DNA from: Monocercomonoides exilis PA203
Lineage: Eukaryota; Protista; Preaxostyla
Reading direction: 5' to 3'
NCBI GenBank assembly: GCA_001643675.2
Contig: LSRY02000023.1
Location: forward strand, 1,054,001-1,118,000
DNA: 64,000 bases
How positions within the stretch are numbered: the first letter of the stretch is position 1; each line of letters opens with the position of its first letter. The position numbers were made by a program, and so were the translations under genes. This document shows positions 38,580 to 50,530 of this stretch, piece after piece. The notes below the pieces were generated by a model. It was given only the letters and a program-made list of their open reading frames with translations. It was not told the origin of the DNA and did not search any database.

Positions 38580-39131
38580 TTTTATTTTTATTTTATTTTA
38601 TTTTATTTTATTTTATTTTATTTTATTTTATTTTATTTTATTTTATTTTATTTTATTTTATTTTATTTTATTTTATTTTATTTTATTTTATTTTATTTTA
38701 TTTTATTTTATTTTATTTTATTTTATTTTATTTTATTTTATTTTATTTTATTTTATTTTATTTTATTTTATTTTATTTTATTTTATTTTATTTTATTTTA
38801 TTTTATTTTATTTTATTTTATTTTATTTTATTTTATTTTTATTTTATTTTATTTTATTTTTATTTTATTTTATTTTATTTTATTTTATTTTATTTTATTT
38901 TATTTTATTTTATTTTATTTTATTTTATTTTATTTTATTTTATTTTATTTTATTTTATTTTATTTTATTTTATTTTATTTTTATTTTATTTTTATTTTAT
39001 TTTATTTTATTTTATTTTATTTTATTTTATTTTATTTTATTTTATTTTATTTTATTTTATTTTATTTTATTTTATTTTATTTTATTTTATTTTATTTTAT
39101 TTTATTTTATTTTATTTTATTTTATTTTATT
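38580..39131. repeat. (TTTTA)n microsatellite, ~550 bp
   Basis: Directly visible, with a few TTTTTA variants. Continues briefly at 41807-41850 on the other side of the PHIS element. Confidence 0.98.
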
Positions 39132-41806
39132 AGACCTAATTTTGTATTATTATCTCATTTCTAAAAAGTTTGTAAATAATCTAAAAAGAATAATAAATTT
39201 TCAAAAAAATCTCGAAAAATTGAAAAAGATTGAATCATTCACGATATAAAAAAATGTTGGTATTCAATCACAAAAATTTCATTTTAATTAATGGAACTGA
39301 TCAGATCATTCTTTTAGAAATATTTTTTATCATGGAATAATCAACATTGCAAAACATTCTTTGTAATGTTGAGAAAAGAATTGCACTTCCAACACATATT
39401 GAAACAGTTTCTGCATCAGAGAAAAAATCATTGATTGAAATATCGTTAGAATTGATTCAGGATCCTTTGAATGGATTTTTTCGTCTAGCTGGATTTTCAA
39501 AAAATGAATTTTATATTCTTCTTCAACTTCTCGATCAAGAATTTACTCCGCATCGAGGTGGAAAAAAATATATCAACAATTTCGAAGACCAACTTTTTAT
39601 TTTATTGAATTTTCTTCATCTCGGATCGACTAAAATGACAAGTTATGTTACAAAACCATATTTCAATTCTCATTCTACCGTGATCCGTTTATTACATGAC
39701 ATTTTTTGCTCGGTTAAACAACCACTTTTGGACTTGCTATTTTCTTTTAGAAATGATCGTGTGAGAGAAATTCAGGATGTGGGATTAATTGTAGATTGCA
39801 CTATTCTACCAATAAACCGACCAAGTGGAAAAATAGAAGACGGAATGAAGTTTTTCAGTGGAAAGCACCATTCATATTATGTTAAAGTGGAAGTGGGAGT
39901 AAATCCCAAACTTGGAATTGCCAGCACTATCAGCGATATTTTTCCTGGAAGCACACATGATTATGTTGTGTTTCAACATCATTATCCAACGTTTGAGAAC
40001 AAATTAAGAAAAGCAAAACTGTTGGCATACTCAGCTTACATAGGAGCAAAAACATGGCTAGGGGCTTACATTACATAGCCGTGTGGAACGCCTGAGTTGT
40101 CCAAGCACAGGGTGATCATAGAGCGTTTTTTCGGAAGGTTAAAGACTGTCTTTTCTGAATTTCGACAGCATTGGCCATTAAGCATCGAAGTAGTTGGTAA
40201 TTTTCTTATTGTTGCTGTTTGTTTAACAAATTTTCATATTTTACAGAATCCTTTAACAGCCTCAGATTTAGAAGCAAATAATATTTTTTTGCTGAATTAC
40301 AAATGGAATATGCAAGAAAGCAGAAAGCAAAGAAAGAAGCAAATCAGAAGTATTTGGAGAAACAAAGAAATAGATTGAATTCATCATCACCGACAACTTC
40401 ATGTTCTTCATTATTTCTTAATGACAATTTGGTTTGTTTTTATTTTTTAACCCATATTGATGTTAAATTCTTTGAAAAAACAACATTTTCATCAACAATA
40501 TACCATTATTAATTTATTTTAGAAGTCTTAATGGAGAGCTGTAACCCATTCTCAAGTGCAACTACCAGTGAAAAAGATCAAGAAAAGAAAAAAAAGATGA
40601 AGGTTTGTGAACAAAAAGAAAGAAATAGAGAAGAAAATGAATGTCAAAGAAAAATTGAAAATGAAGTCCACGATCATGAAACCATAGACTACTCATCTTC
40701 ATGGCATCTTCCCTTCCAATATAAATCTGCATGTCTTCATAAAGTTTCATCACCAACTAATTTTCTAATCACATTTTGCTCATCTCAATCTTATTCAACA
40801 TAACCTTCCTCTACTCAGTTAACAGCAACACAACCTTCCTCTACTCAACTTTCTTCATCTTCACAATTGCATTCAAAATCAGTATCTTCTTCAACACCCT
40901 CGCTTCTGCATTCTCTGCCACAACCAAACTTGTATTTTCCTTCAAATCTCACTCTTCCTTCTTCATTTTGCGTATTTCCTCCTCAAAATTGTAATTTTCA
41001 ATCATCTTTGAATTTCACAGCTTCTTCAGGTTCAATTTCCACTCAAAGCAAAACTTATTCATCTTAAAATTAAAAAACATCTATTTGAAAAAAGAAATAA
41101 GAAAGAAGCATATTATTTTTATATTTTTGGATCGCAGATTTTGATTTAAAGAGAGTTTTATTATTATTATTTATTCTTTTTGTTTTTGATACTATTATTT
41201 CCAAGTTGTTCGTTATATGTTGTTTGTTTTGCACATCACTCACAAATGAAGCAAAAGTTGTTGCTTAAATTCTTTAAACATTCTTTTTTTATTTATCTTT
41301 ATATTTTGTGTGATTGAAATGAAAAACTTCTATAATTTATAAAACTTTGACAACATAAAAAGGATTTCCAAAATTATGTTAAAAATAAGACAAAAAAAGT
41401 TATTTGGTGAAATGTGATATGAGAGGAAAATAAAAAAGAAAAACAGATAATATTTATGTTAATGAAACATTTTAATATTCCATCCTCACCTTGCTTTTGA
41501 ACAATTTTAAAAAAGTTTCAAGAAATAAATCAGACATATAAAAACAATAAAATTGTTAAAGAAACATTTTAATACTGAACAAACAAACCTTCTATATCAT
41601 TTTTATTTTAGTTTTATTTTGTTTGTAATCATTCATTTTTTAATTAAAAAAAACGCGATCAGTAAAGCTTTGATCATAAAAATGCATTTAACGGCAAAAA
41701 AAAGAAAAGCATATTTCAAAAAAGATTGAGTCATTCGCGAAAAGAAAAAAACATTCACATAAGAATAAACAATTCGCAAAAGAAATACACATTCGAGTAT
41801 AGGTCT
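39132..41806 (+). mobile_element. PHIS-group (PIF/Harbinger-ISL2EU-Pangu-like) DNA transposon inserted in (TTTTA)n
   Basis: Termini AGACCTA...TAGGTCT. 3-bp TSD ATT (39129-31 / 41807-09). Removing the element plus one ATT restores the (TTTTA)n register. Contains a DDE_Tnp_4 transposase. Confidence 0.72.
39332..41067 (+). pseudogene. DDE_Tnp_4 (IS5/ISL2/Harbinger-type) transposase, decayed
   Basis: FFRLAGFSKNEF..RGGK..EDQLFILLNFL (HTH_Tnp_4-like), IVDCT, FSGKHH, PGSTHD, LAYSAYIG (catalytic D to Y), SKHRVIIERFFGRLK. Stops at 39338 and 40076, a frameshift near 40300, and a low-complexity tail. Confidence 0.88.
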
Positions 41807-42849
41807 ATTTTATTTTATTTTTTTATTATTTTTTATTTTTTTTTATTTTTGTTCTTTTAAGACAATTATTTTTTTTGTCTCAAAAAAGAAAATGAACAAC
41901 AAAATTGCTTCATGAAAATTTCCATTTGAAAATTACTTTCTCTGAAAAACAGCAAATAATTTTTCAACCACACTGCTTCGCAACAAGAAACACCAACGAA
42001 AAGAGATAATTAAAATTAATAGATGAATTGTGAAATAAAAAAAATTTCAAAATTATTGGGTTATTTTGAAATAACCTAATAATTTTGAAATTGTCTATGG
42101 AAATTTTGAAAATTTCGGGGAATTTTGCAATAACTCGGGTGGGCAAATTTTTTCTGTGAAAATATATATTATGCATAAACATGAAGTTATTCAAATCATA
42201 TTTTCGAAAAATATTATGTTGTTTTTATTGTTGTTAATTGAAGAAAAAAATTTTTGATAAAATTATTTTGGAATAATGAATGATTTTTCGAAACAAGCTT
42301 TGGAAGACATTTTTGTTCTTTTTAAAAAACATTTTTATGTAAGTTTGAAGGTTTTCATTGAATTTTTTTTTCAGATGAATGATAAAGGTTAAATTTTATA
42401 TAAAGTCGCCAAGGATCAAAATATTTACCGATTGGAGAATGTTATGAAACACTCCGTAAAAATTATTTATCATCAATATTTAAAATTTCACAAACGAGAA
42501 AGATTATCTATGATACACTTCAACATCCAAAAAATTCTGTTCTTGATATTAATTTTTTATGTTATTTTTTTGATCAATTTGTAATCATATTATCAGGTGA
42601 AATAAAATTTGTTGCATTTTATTATGAAATTTTCTGAACAAGAGTATTGGGGAAAATTGAATGTTTAATCAAATTCCTGTCAATCTGATAGAAAAACAAT
42701 TTTCAAACAACCATCATCATCATCTTCTTTTTTTCTTTTTCTTCTTCCTTTTCTTCTTCCTCTTCTCCTTCTTCTTTCTCTTCTCCTTCTCCTTCTCCTT
42801 CTCCTTCTTCTTCTTCGTTTTCTTCGCCTATTCTTCTGTTCATCCATCT

Positions 42850-44230
42850 CCTCTTTGTACTGTACCACACTCTCACCCCTTTCTTATCTGTCCCCAATTC
42901 TCTACCTCCAACAATGCCCTCCCCATCCCCACACCTTCTCCTCCAGCTCCTTTCCCCCCAACAAGCCACTCAACCTTCTATTCATACGACGACTTTATTT
43001 ACAACTACTGCAGCTTCTATCTAGCAAGAATCATTTGCTCCTTCACAATCACCTCATTGAGCAGCGCCTTTTGCTCAATTATCATGTGCTCATGCGCTTT
43101 CGATAGCTCCATCAGTATCTTCGTTTCCTTCTCCATCTTGTTTATCTTCCACTGCACAGTTGCATCTGCTCTTCCACCACCACTCTGACTGCATCCACTA
43201 CCTCCATTTACCCAAACGCCTTTCTTCTCCAATCTCTTGCTGATCCCAGATCTCGTTCCCCGACTTCCACATCCTCCTCCCCCACCACCGTTTGCTTCTT
43301 CCACAACATTCACACTGCTTCTCACTTTCACAACAACTCCCTTCCTGCTTGTGCATGGCCCAAGCACCACAACACTTCAATATTTGATGATTTCTGTTAA
43401 CCTCTCTAGGAACTTTTCACACAGTCCTAATGGCAGAAGCAACGACTCCGAAGACGTAACCATCCCGCACTCTGCAGAGGCCGATGAAAAAAGCATGGTA
43501 ACATGTATCGCCAACACCACCAGTTTCTGTTTGCTATCCACACTCACCACTCCTCCTTGTTTAGCTCTATCTTCTTCTCCATCTCCATCAGCTGCTCCAT
43601 CAGCTCCTTCGCCTCTGCATTGTACTTATCGCTCAGCTCCTGAATTTTCCTTGCCAGTTTCACCACCATCTCCTCAATCTTCCACACTTCATTCTCTAAA
43701 ACTCCTCATCTTATCACTTCGTCGCCTGTCTTCACAGTCACACTCCTCGACTGAGCAGATCGGAACACCAGTTGCACTGTGGAAGGTTGTTACTTAGAAG
43801 GATTAAACAGAACGTGGATCAAATGGAACGCTTTCATGCCGTTCGATACTAAGATCCACTCTCTCCTTAACAACGAACCCACCAACATTGCAAATTAAAG
43901 ATGAAGTTTCACCAGCGAAACTGAAAGTATTGCCGAAAGAGCCACAGCATATCCATACAATGTCTGCATCGCACGTGGTGACAGCCGCATGGACTGATCA
44001 AACACGCCAATCACTTTCTTATCTTCGCTTCTTTACCCTCGGAATGGCAAGGCTGATCTGTGTTCAGCATGAGCTAAAAAAATGTGAAAGTCATTTCAGC
44101 ATCTTTTCAAATTGGAAAATTTGGAATTTCAAATTATATCTGGTTGTTTTTTGGAGGATTCGAGCTGTGATGGTAAAGTTGATGTCAATTAAATCTTAAG
44201 GTGAAAGGTTTGTGTGATCGCTCTCCATGG
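42850..44230 (-). pseudogene. Decayed GC-richer coding-like cargo of unknown family
   Basis: Protein-like stretches interrupted by stops (VVLAIHVTMLFSSASAECGMV..CEKFLERLTEII; ELSKAHEHMIIEQKALLNEVIVKEQMIL). Confidence 0.4.
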
Positions 44231-44752
44231 AAAAAATTGTTAAACAAAACAACGTTTTGTTTTCTTTTATATATAGTCTGTGAAAAGCTCCAACTCCTGT
44301 ATCTTGCGTCTAATTACTGATAGAACGATTCAAAAATTTGTTGTATTTCCTTTTTAATCAACATTTTGTTTAATAAGACCGTGAACAAATTTTCACATTT
44401 AGCTCAGATTATTCAAACGACCATACGATCCACACATAGTGATTTGATTGCAACGTGAAGAGATATAACAGTAGAAGAAAGTCATTTATTCAAAAAGAAA
44501 CAAAAAATCAGTAAATCGTTTGTGAATAAATGCCTCTTTTCTTTTTTATCCAGTGGAAAATCATTACCATGGATATTATCTGTTCATTTTCTGTTCAAAT
44601 TTGTTGTGGTTAAATAGAAACCAACTTTATAAATCGAACAACAATGCTGCTTTATTCCTCTCAATCATCGGAATTTGTAAATTTTTCAAACATTAAATGG
44701 CATAGAATGTCATTTGTTTCATTGAAGGGACAGCTTCGATATATTAATAATT

Positions 44753-44956
44753 GGCTGATCCTTTTTGAAATCATTCTTTCGTTCGAGTTTTGATCAAAAA
44801 TATAAACTCAATGGGATTTGTGGAAAAATTTGTTTTTGCAATAACAACATCATAAACAACGTGTATTATCAGTTTTGTTCGATTTTTCAAAATCCCTTTA
44901 AGAAAATTTTTTTGATCAAAACTCGAACGAAAGAATGATTTCAAAAAGGATCAGCC
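44753..44956. mobile_element. MITE, 204 bp, AATT TSD (Sola1-like by TSD)
   Basis: Perfect 48-bp TIR GGCTGATCCTTTTTGAAATCATTCTTTCGTTCGAGTTTTGATCAAAAA, flanked by AATT on both sides. Confidence 0.9.
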
Positions 44957-46103
44957 AATTGTTTTCACTGGTTGCGTTCATAGTTTACAGGCGATGAAAA
45001 TCACAAAATATTTTCAAAATATTTATCTCTATTGAAATTTTTAATGTTTTGAACACTGACAATCATTTGTTGTCACAGGAATATTTATATAATCAAAATA
45101 AACTTGTAACATAATATTTAATTATTTTTATTTTCAAGGTTGGAATAAAATTTCAATAAACGATTTGCTTCACATTATTGAATGGTGAACATTATGAAAA
45201 GTGCGAAGACAATAAATGAGTATATTTTCAACAAATTTCCAATAACTTTTGAACATCACGATTTTTATGCGAAAACAGAAGATCTTCCCACAATTAAATT
45301 ATATTTTTAATTTGATGATGAAACTTAAAATAACTGCCTTATTTTAAATTTTTCTGAAAAATTTCAAAATTTCTTGATTATTTCAAAATAACATATACGA
45401 ATTTCAAATTTTTTCAAAAATTTCACAATTACACAAAAATTGTGCAATTCATCTAATGTCTGTTCATCTTTCAAGAATTTGTTTCGAACAAAGATTTGAA
45501 ATGTGTTTTTTGATTTCATTTTTTACCTTCTGTGAAATAATAAACGAGTGAAAATTTGGCAAATTCAATCAAAACATGTTCTGTTTTTGAGTTGTTCGAA
45601 ATAATATTTTTTTTTATTGCTGAAGTTTTTTTGAAGTTATTTGTGGATTAATATGGGTGAGAAGTGACTCTGGATAGGACATATAAAAAAAACTACATCG
45701 TTGAACGTTGATGTCAATAATTCTCAAAAACATTTCTTCAACAGCTTCATATTCTTTTTTATTTATTACTCTTGCTCATTCAATATCAGCAAATGATGCT
45801 TTTATCAAAAGACATTTGAAAAGACAGATGAGAAGAAAGAGCGAATAAGAGGCTTATCAAGTTGATGAATGAAAAATGACTCACTGATTTTTGTCTCATG
45901 AAACTTGATGAACAAACAAACTATTTGAAAAAGAAGAAAATGGAAGGAAATTCTATTCTCTTTTTTTTTCCTTCATTTCATCAAAATGAAGTGAGACAAA
46001 AATTTAAAAGTAAAATGGATGCTCAAATGATTATTTTCAATCACGAAATGATTAAAAGAAAAATAAATATTTTGAGTCATAAAATTCGAGGAATTTCATT
46101 TCC

Positions 46104-47578
46104 TCAAACAATTACAAAATAATCAGAAATTTTCAACAATGTTCCAAGAGAATATTTTATTTCTAGAAAAACAAATATTTTATGAAAGCTGGTGATGGTA
46201 TCTTCGTATCCTTCTTCTTCCAATTTGTCAAATACCTTCCTTTTCAACTCTTTTCTTTCCTCTTCTTCCATTTCGCCTTCATTCTTTTTCTTCAATCTTT
46301 TTGAAATATTCACAAAATACTTCAAGATTTTGTCTGCAATTTTGTTATTCAACGTTGGTTGAATGATATTTTCCAAAACAGCATCAACAGCTCCTCCATT
46401 CAACAAGTCATCAACTTTCACGTCTCTATTTTGTGCTGCATTTCTTAAGGAACAAATGCATTTCTCGCTTATTTCTTTGTGATTTTCCTTTGCTGCTCTA
46501 TGTACACAAGCAATGCTGCTGAAAAGACCAATAAATACTTTATTCCACAACTTGATCGGCGACAAGTCATTTTCAATAACACAGAACCACCTCTTGACCA
46601 CAAGCACTTCTTTCGCTTCTTTCCTTCTTCTTCCCTCTTTTTTTCTCTTCCAGTCAATGCATCTTGTCAGTTCTTCGATTTCTCTTCTTGCTTCTCTCGC
46701 GAAATGCAGTTTATTCGCAATCACTTCTTCCAAGCTGTCATCATTGAAGAATCTGCTCATCAAAAATTGCCAAGCAGATTGATACGCAAGTTGTGTCAGA
46801 TTGTGATGCTTTTGATGATAATTGATGATATCTTTCATCTCCTTCAAATACAGTTCTTCTTCTAATTCCTAATCAGAAATAAGGGGGGAAATGTAATTCA
46901 ACAATATCAAAACGGGAAAAAGGTTCTCAAACCCAAAATCCAATATTGCCCAAAGCCAGCAACGCTGTTTCCACTTCCTTCTGAGCTTCTTCGGTCTTGT
47001 CTTTCTTCGAGGCAATCTTCAGAAGGCAAGGCACAATGATTGAAAGCAATTCATCAGGAATTTCTTCATCATTCAGCAAAAGATAGCATTCACAGAGATC
47101 AATCAGACGCCTTTCGTTCTTTTCTTCTTTTTTCTTCTCTTCATTAATTATCAACTTTTGAAATATTTTAATCAGCGGAGGTTCTTCAAACCATATACTC
47201 CTTATTTATTTCATTTCTTTGCAATATCCAATATTCTTCAACAGCACAAGAGCATTTTCAAGTGTCAATTTCTTTTCATCTATCATTTTGTCAATAACAA
47301 TGAACAATTCTATTGTTAAAATGGAGTCGAATTCTTTCATATTCATTTCATCAACTATTTCATTCATTTCTCCGATTTTTTTTTCTCTGTTCATCTTCAT
47401 TGCATTCTTTCAGTTCAGAAAACAATTCTTCAATGAATTTATTTATGACGGAAAGCGCTGAACACTCAAAAAATAGAAAAATGAACAAACTTAAAAACTT
47501 ATCTTCAAGAGACGGCTCCTGAATAGCACAATTAAATTTGTCTTCATCAAACATTTCCATTCTGTCTATTATTAGCAA
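46104..47578 (-). pseudogene. Multicopy helical-repeat-like family member (YHQKHHNLTQLAYQSAWQFL), interrupted
   Basis: ORFs 47360-47578, 47206-47400, 46927-47154 and 46104-46847 are colinear with the copy at 62.9-64 kb. Internal stop and frameshift. Confidence 0.75.
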
Positions 47579-49339
47579 AGATCAATTTGTAAAAAAAAAT
47601 TTCAAATGAAAAATAGAAAAACAAACAGAAAAACAAATATTGATGATTGTTGACAAAACGATGATAAAAATCAAACTCAATTCCTTTGCTTTGTGAAAAT
47701 CTATGTTAAAAAACAAGTCACAAAAAAGTCAACGGTACAGGCTATATTGAGTCAAATACGAAAGAGTTTTATTTCTTTCTGATCAAGCCAACAGTAATTT
47801 ATTCAAAAGATCTGGATTGAATTTCGTGAAATTATGAACACATTGGGATATATACCATACATAGTTTACATTAAATATCAAAAAATTTCAATTTCAGCAT
47901 TCTGAGTGGAACAAAGAGGGGGAAATTTGGTGCTTTTTTGAACTTAACAAAAAAGTGACAAAAAAGCAACAATTTGCACATTAAACTGTGCATTTAATCA
48001 CCGATGCAATTTAAAATTCAAATTTTCGTATTTCGATTTTGGGGCTTACATTTAGAGTTATCTGGAGGCTTTCCTTCGTTGAGATGATTTTTTCTGTTAT
48101 TTCAAAATGTTTGCAAGTATCCGTGAATGTTTCAAATTTAATGTGTTGAACATAATTATTAACTATCGGGAAATTTTTTGTTATAAGTTTTTTCTTGAGT
48201 GGGCCATCCAGACTGAAGGAAAATTGATGGAGGGAATGAAGTTTTCATCAATTCACAGTTTTTTATTGCTTTAGCGCATGATAATTGAACGCATAAGAGA
48301 CCTTATCAGGAAATAACGGACGACATTGTTAATGGATCAATGAAAGAGATTCTATTCCAAAAGGCTTTGAGGCCAAGCGAAGATGAAAAAAATTTGAGAA
48401 GGCGAACTGAAGTTAATGCAATGTTGGAATCAAATTACAATCGAATTTTAAAGATCATTTCAACATATTAATCATTCAATGGCGATTGCCACTTGCCGTG
48501 TTTTTATCTGTAAGTTCGTTTGTTTCGTTTTTAGGATAATCATCATTTAGGGTTGTTTTGATGATTGTTGTTGATTCTCCAAAATCAGTGCGGATTTCGG
48601 AGCAAAGGCGGACACAAATCGAGCGATGCCGAAATGAGTCTAACAAGACAAATCAGACAACAGTTGAAGTATCTTGTCAAATTTAAGTGCGTTATCCAGT
48701 ATTCATTTCATTTATGTTTCTTTTTTTATTTTCAACAATTTAACAAAAGAAAAGAAGAAAACGAATGCTATAAAGAAGGAGAAGGAGAATAACATGAAGA
48801 AGAAGAAGTGGAGATATTCTTTATGTGAGTGAAAGAGGACAATAAACGTATTGACAAACTTTTGAACTATTGTGATTCAATGAGCCAAGTAAACATGAGA
48901 GTGAGGCAATTATTAAATAGAAACTGTTCATTTGCTTCTGCTTTGTGTGAATTCAGTTCTTTTTGAGTATTTTGGATACATTATATTTGTCTTTAGAACA
49001 GATTTTAAAAAGAAAGGATGAAATATGTGAGGAAGAAGAAGCAGAGGAAGAGGAGAAAGAGGAGAAAGAGGAAGGGGAAGAGGAAGAAAAGGAAAAAAAG
49101 ATCTAATTCATTGAACATGCTTGATGAGAGAGGTATTTAATCGAATTTTTCTTCTTCGCATTCTTTCATCTCATCTTATCTGCCTCATCTTTCTCGTCTG
49201 AAGCTGCAAACATTGTTGCTTCTCCATTCCAATGGCTGGGAAACGAATAGAAGAAGGCGGAACGGGTTGGGCAGCCATCACCATCAGTAACAGCAGCAGC
49301 GCCTGCGATTGACCCTTCGGATACCTCGGCTGTGGAGGT

Positions 49340-50530
49340 GTTATTCACATCTGCAGCAGTGATGGACGATATCTAGAGGTGGCTGGGGTGTATGAAAATC
49401 AAAAGAAGTCGTAACTGAGGGAGCAACAGACGCTGCGGGGATATGTTGTGGCTCGGCGGGCGGTGCTGTATGGAGGTGTTGTGTGTGCGTACGATGTGGC
49501 GCTTTCGGCGATGCTTTTGGTTCCGCTGGTGGCGCAGCTTCCGTCGCTTGCAGCGTCGGTGGGCACGAAGCCAGAGGGAAAGCAGAATTTTGTGTCGGCT
49601 GTATGAATGCGTTCCCGTCGATCTGCGATCTGTTTGACCCTTCACTGCAAATATGGTGATCGCAACAGTCGAGGCGTGTGGTGGTGAAGCTGGACGGCGA
49701 AGTGTTGGGGCGAGGGGTTGCAGTGTGTGAAGTGGGGGAGATTGTGGGGAAGGGGCTGTCGGCAGCGGGGACGAGAATGGAGGATGTGTCCTTTTTGTTG
49801 GCAGTGCTGGAGAAGTGAGAAAAGGCAGAGGAAGGAGGAGGAAATGGAGTGAAAGGCGGGTATCGGACAGTGCACAGAGAGTTTGTGGAGAGAATCAAAG
49901 AGAAGCAGGGTAAGTTGGAAAGTGCAATGGTACTGTTGGTTGGGAAGTACTTGGGCTGTGTCGGCTGAGGCTTGTGAAGGTGGGGCTGGAAGCTGGTGCA
50001 GGCAAGAAGCATCAATTGTGGCTGAAGTCTGCAATTCTTCCTCAGCCGATGACATTCAACAGGAGAACAGGAGAGCAGAAGAAGAAGCAGAAGATGGATC
50101 TTTTGGTATGATTTCAGATGGAAGTGAAAGAAGTGTGGGGAAAGATGTGGAACAGGTGGAAATGTCTACGAATGATTTGGGGATGAATGAGGAGTCAGGG
50201 AGAGATGGTAGTCCGAATAATTTGGAGAAGGAAGAGGAAGAGGAAGAAGAATAGGCGCAGATTCTGGATGTGGAATCGCTGCATTTGAGGTTTTTGAGGC
50301 TGGTTGACGAGAGTGCAAGAGGGAGTTGGCAGGATTATCTGGTGACGATGACGGTGACGGGGACGTTGGTGGAGCTGTGTGCAGAGCGGGAGAAAATTGT
50401 GAAGAAATTAATTGTGGAAGGGATGATATTTTAGGAAGGTACTATGAGCATCACGTTTATTGGAGAGAGGCTGTTTGTGAGAGATGGAAGAGAGAAGAAA
50501 AAAGGGGAGAATGGGTCCTTGGTATCAGAT
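49340..50530 (+). pseudogene. Decayed GC-rich coding-like remnant, possibly paralogous to 42.9-44.2 kb
   Basis: HREFVERIKEKQGKLESAMVLLVG and EREKIVKKLIVEGMIF weakly parallel CEKFLERLTEIIKY*SVVVLG and EQKALLNEVIVKEQMIL. Many stops. Confidence 0.3.

Larger units (their letters stand above)
42021..45454. mobile_element. Non-autonomous 3.4-kb TIR element with AG..CT ends, AAT TSD and cargo
   Basis: Perfect terminal IR AGATGAATTG, plus inverted blocks GTTATTTTGAAATAA and AATTTTGAAATT with identical 6-nt spacing at both ends (~90-bp imperfect TIR). AAT at 42018-20 and 45455-57. Confidence 0.68.

Noticed and set aside
38440-39249. ORFs of repeated FILFY
   Set aside because: Translation of the (TTTTA)n microsatellite.
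30465-41067. TAA/TAG reassignment (as in some oxymonads) explaining in-frame stops in the transposases
   Set aside because: Host ORFs of 1500-3700 codons contain no in-frame TAA/TAG, and two end in TAA or TAG. The transposases also carry frameshifts or mutated catalytic residues, and one TAG replaces a conserved Trp.
47737-47760. TA-CAGGCTATATTGAGTC, a possible Tc1/mariner left end
   Set aside because: No matching inverted partner or recognisable transposase found in the window.
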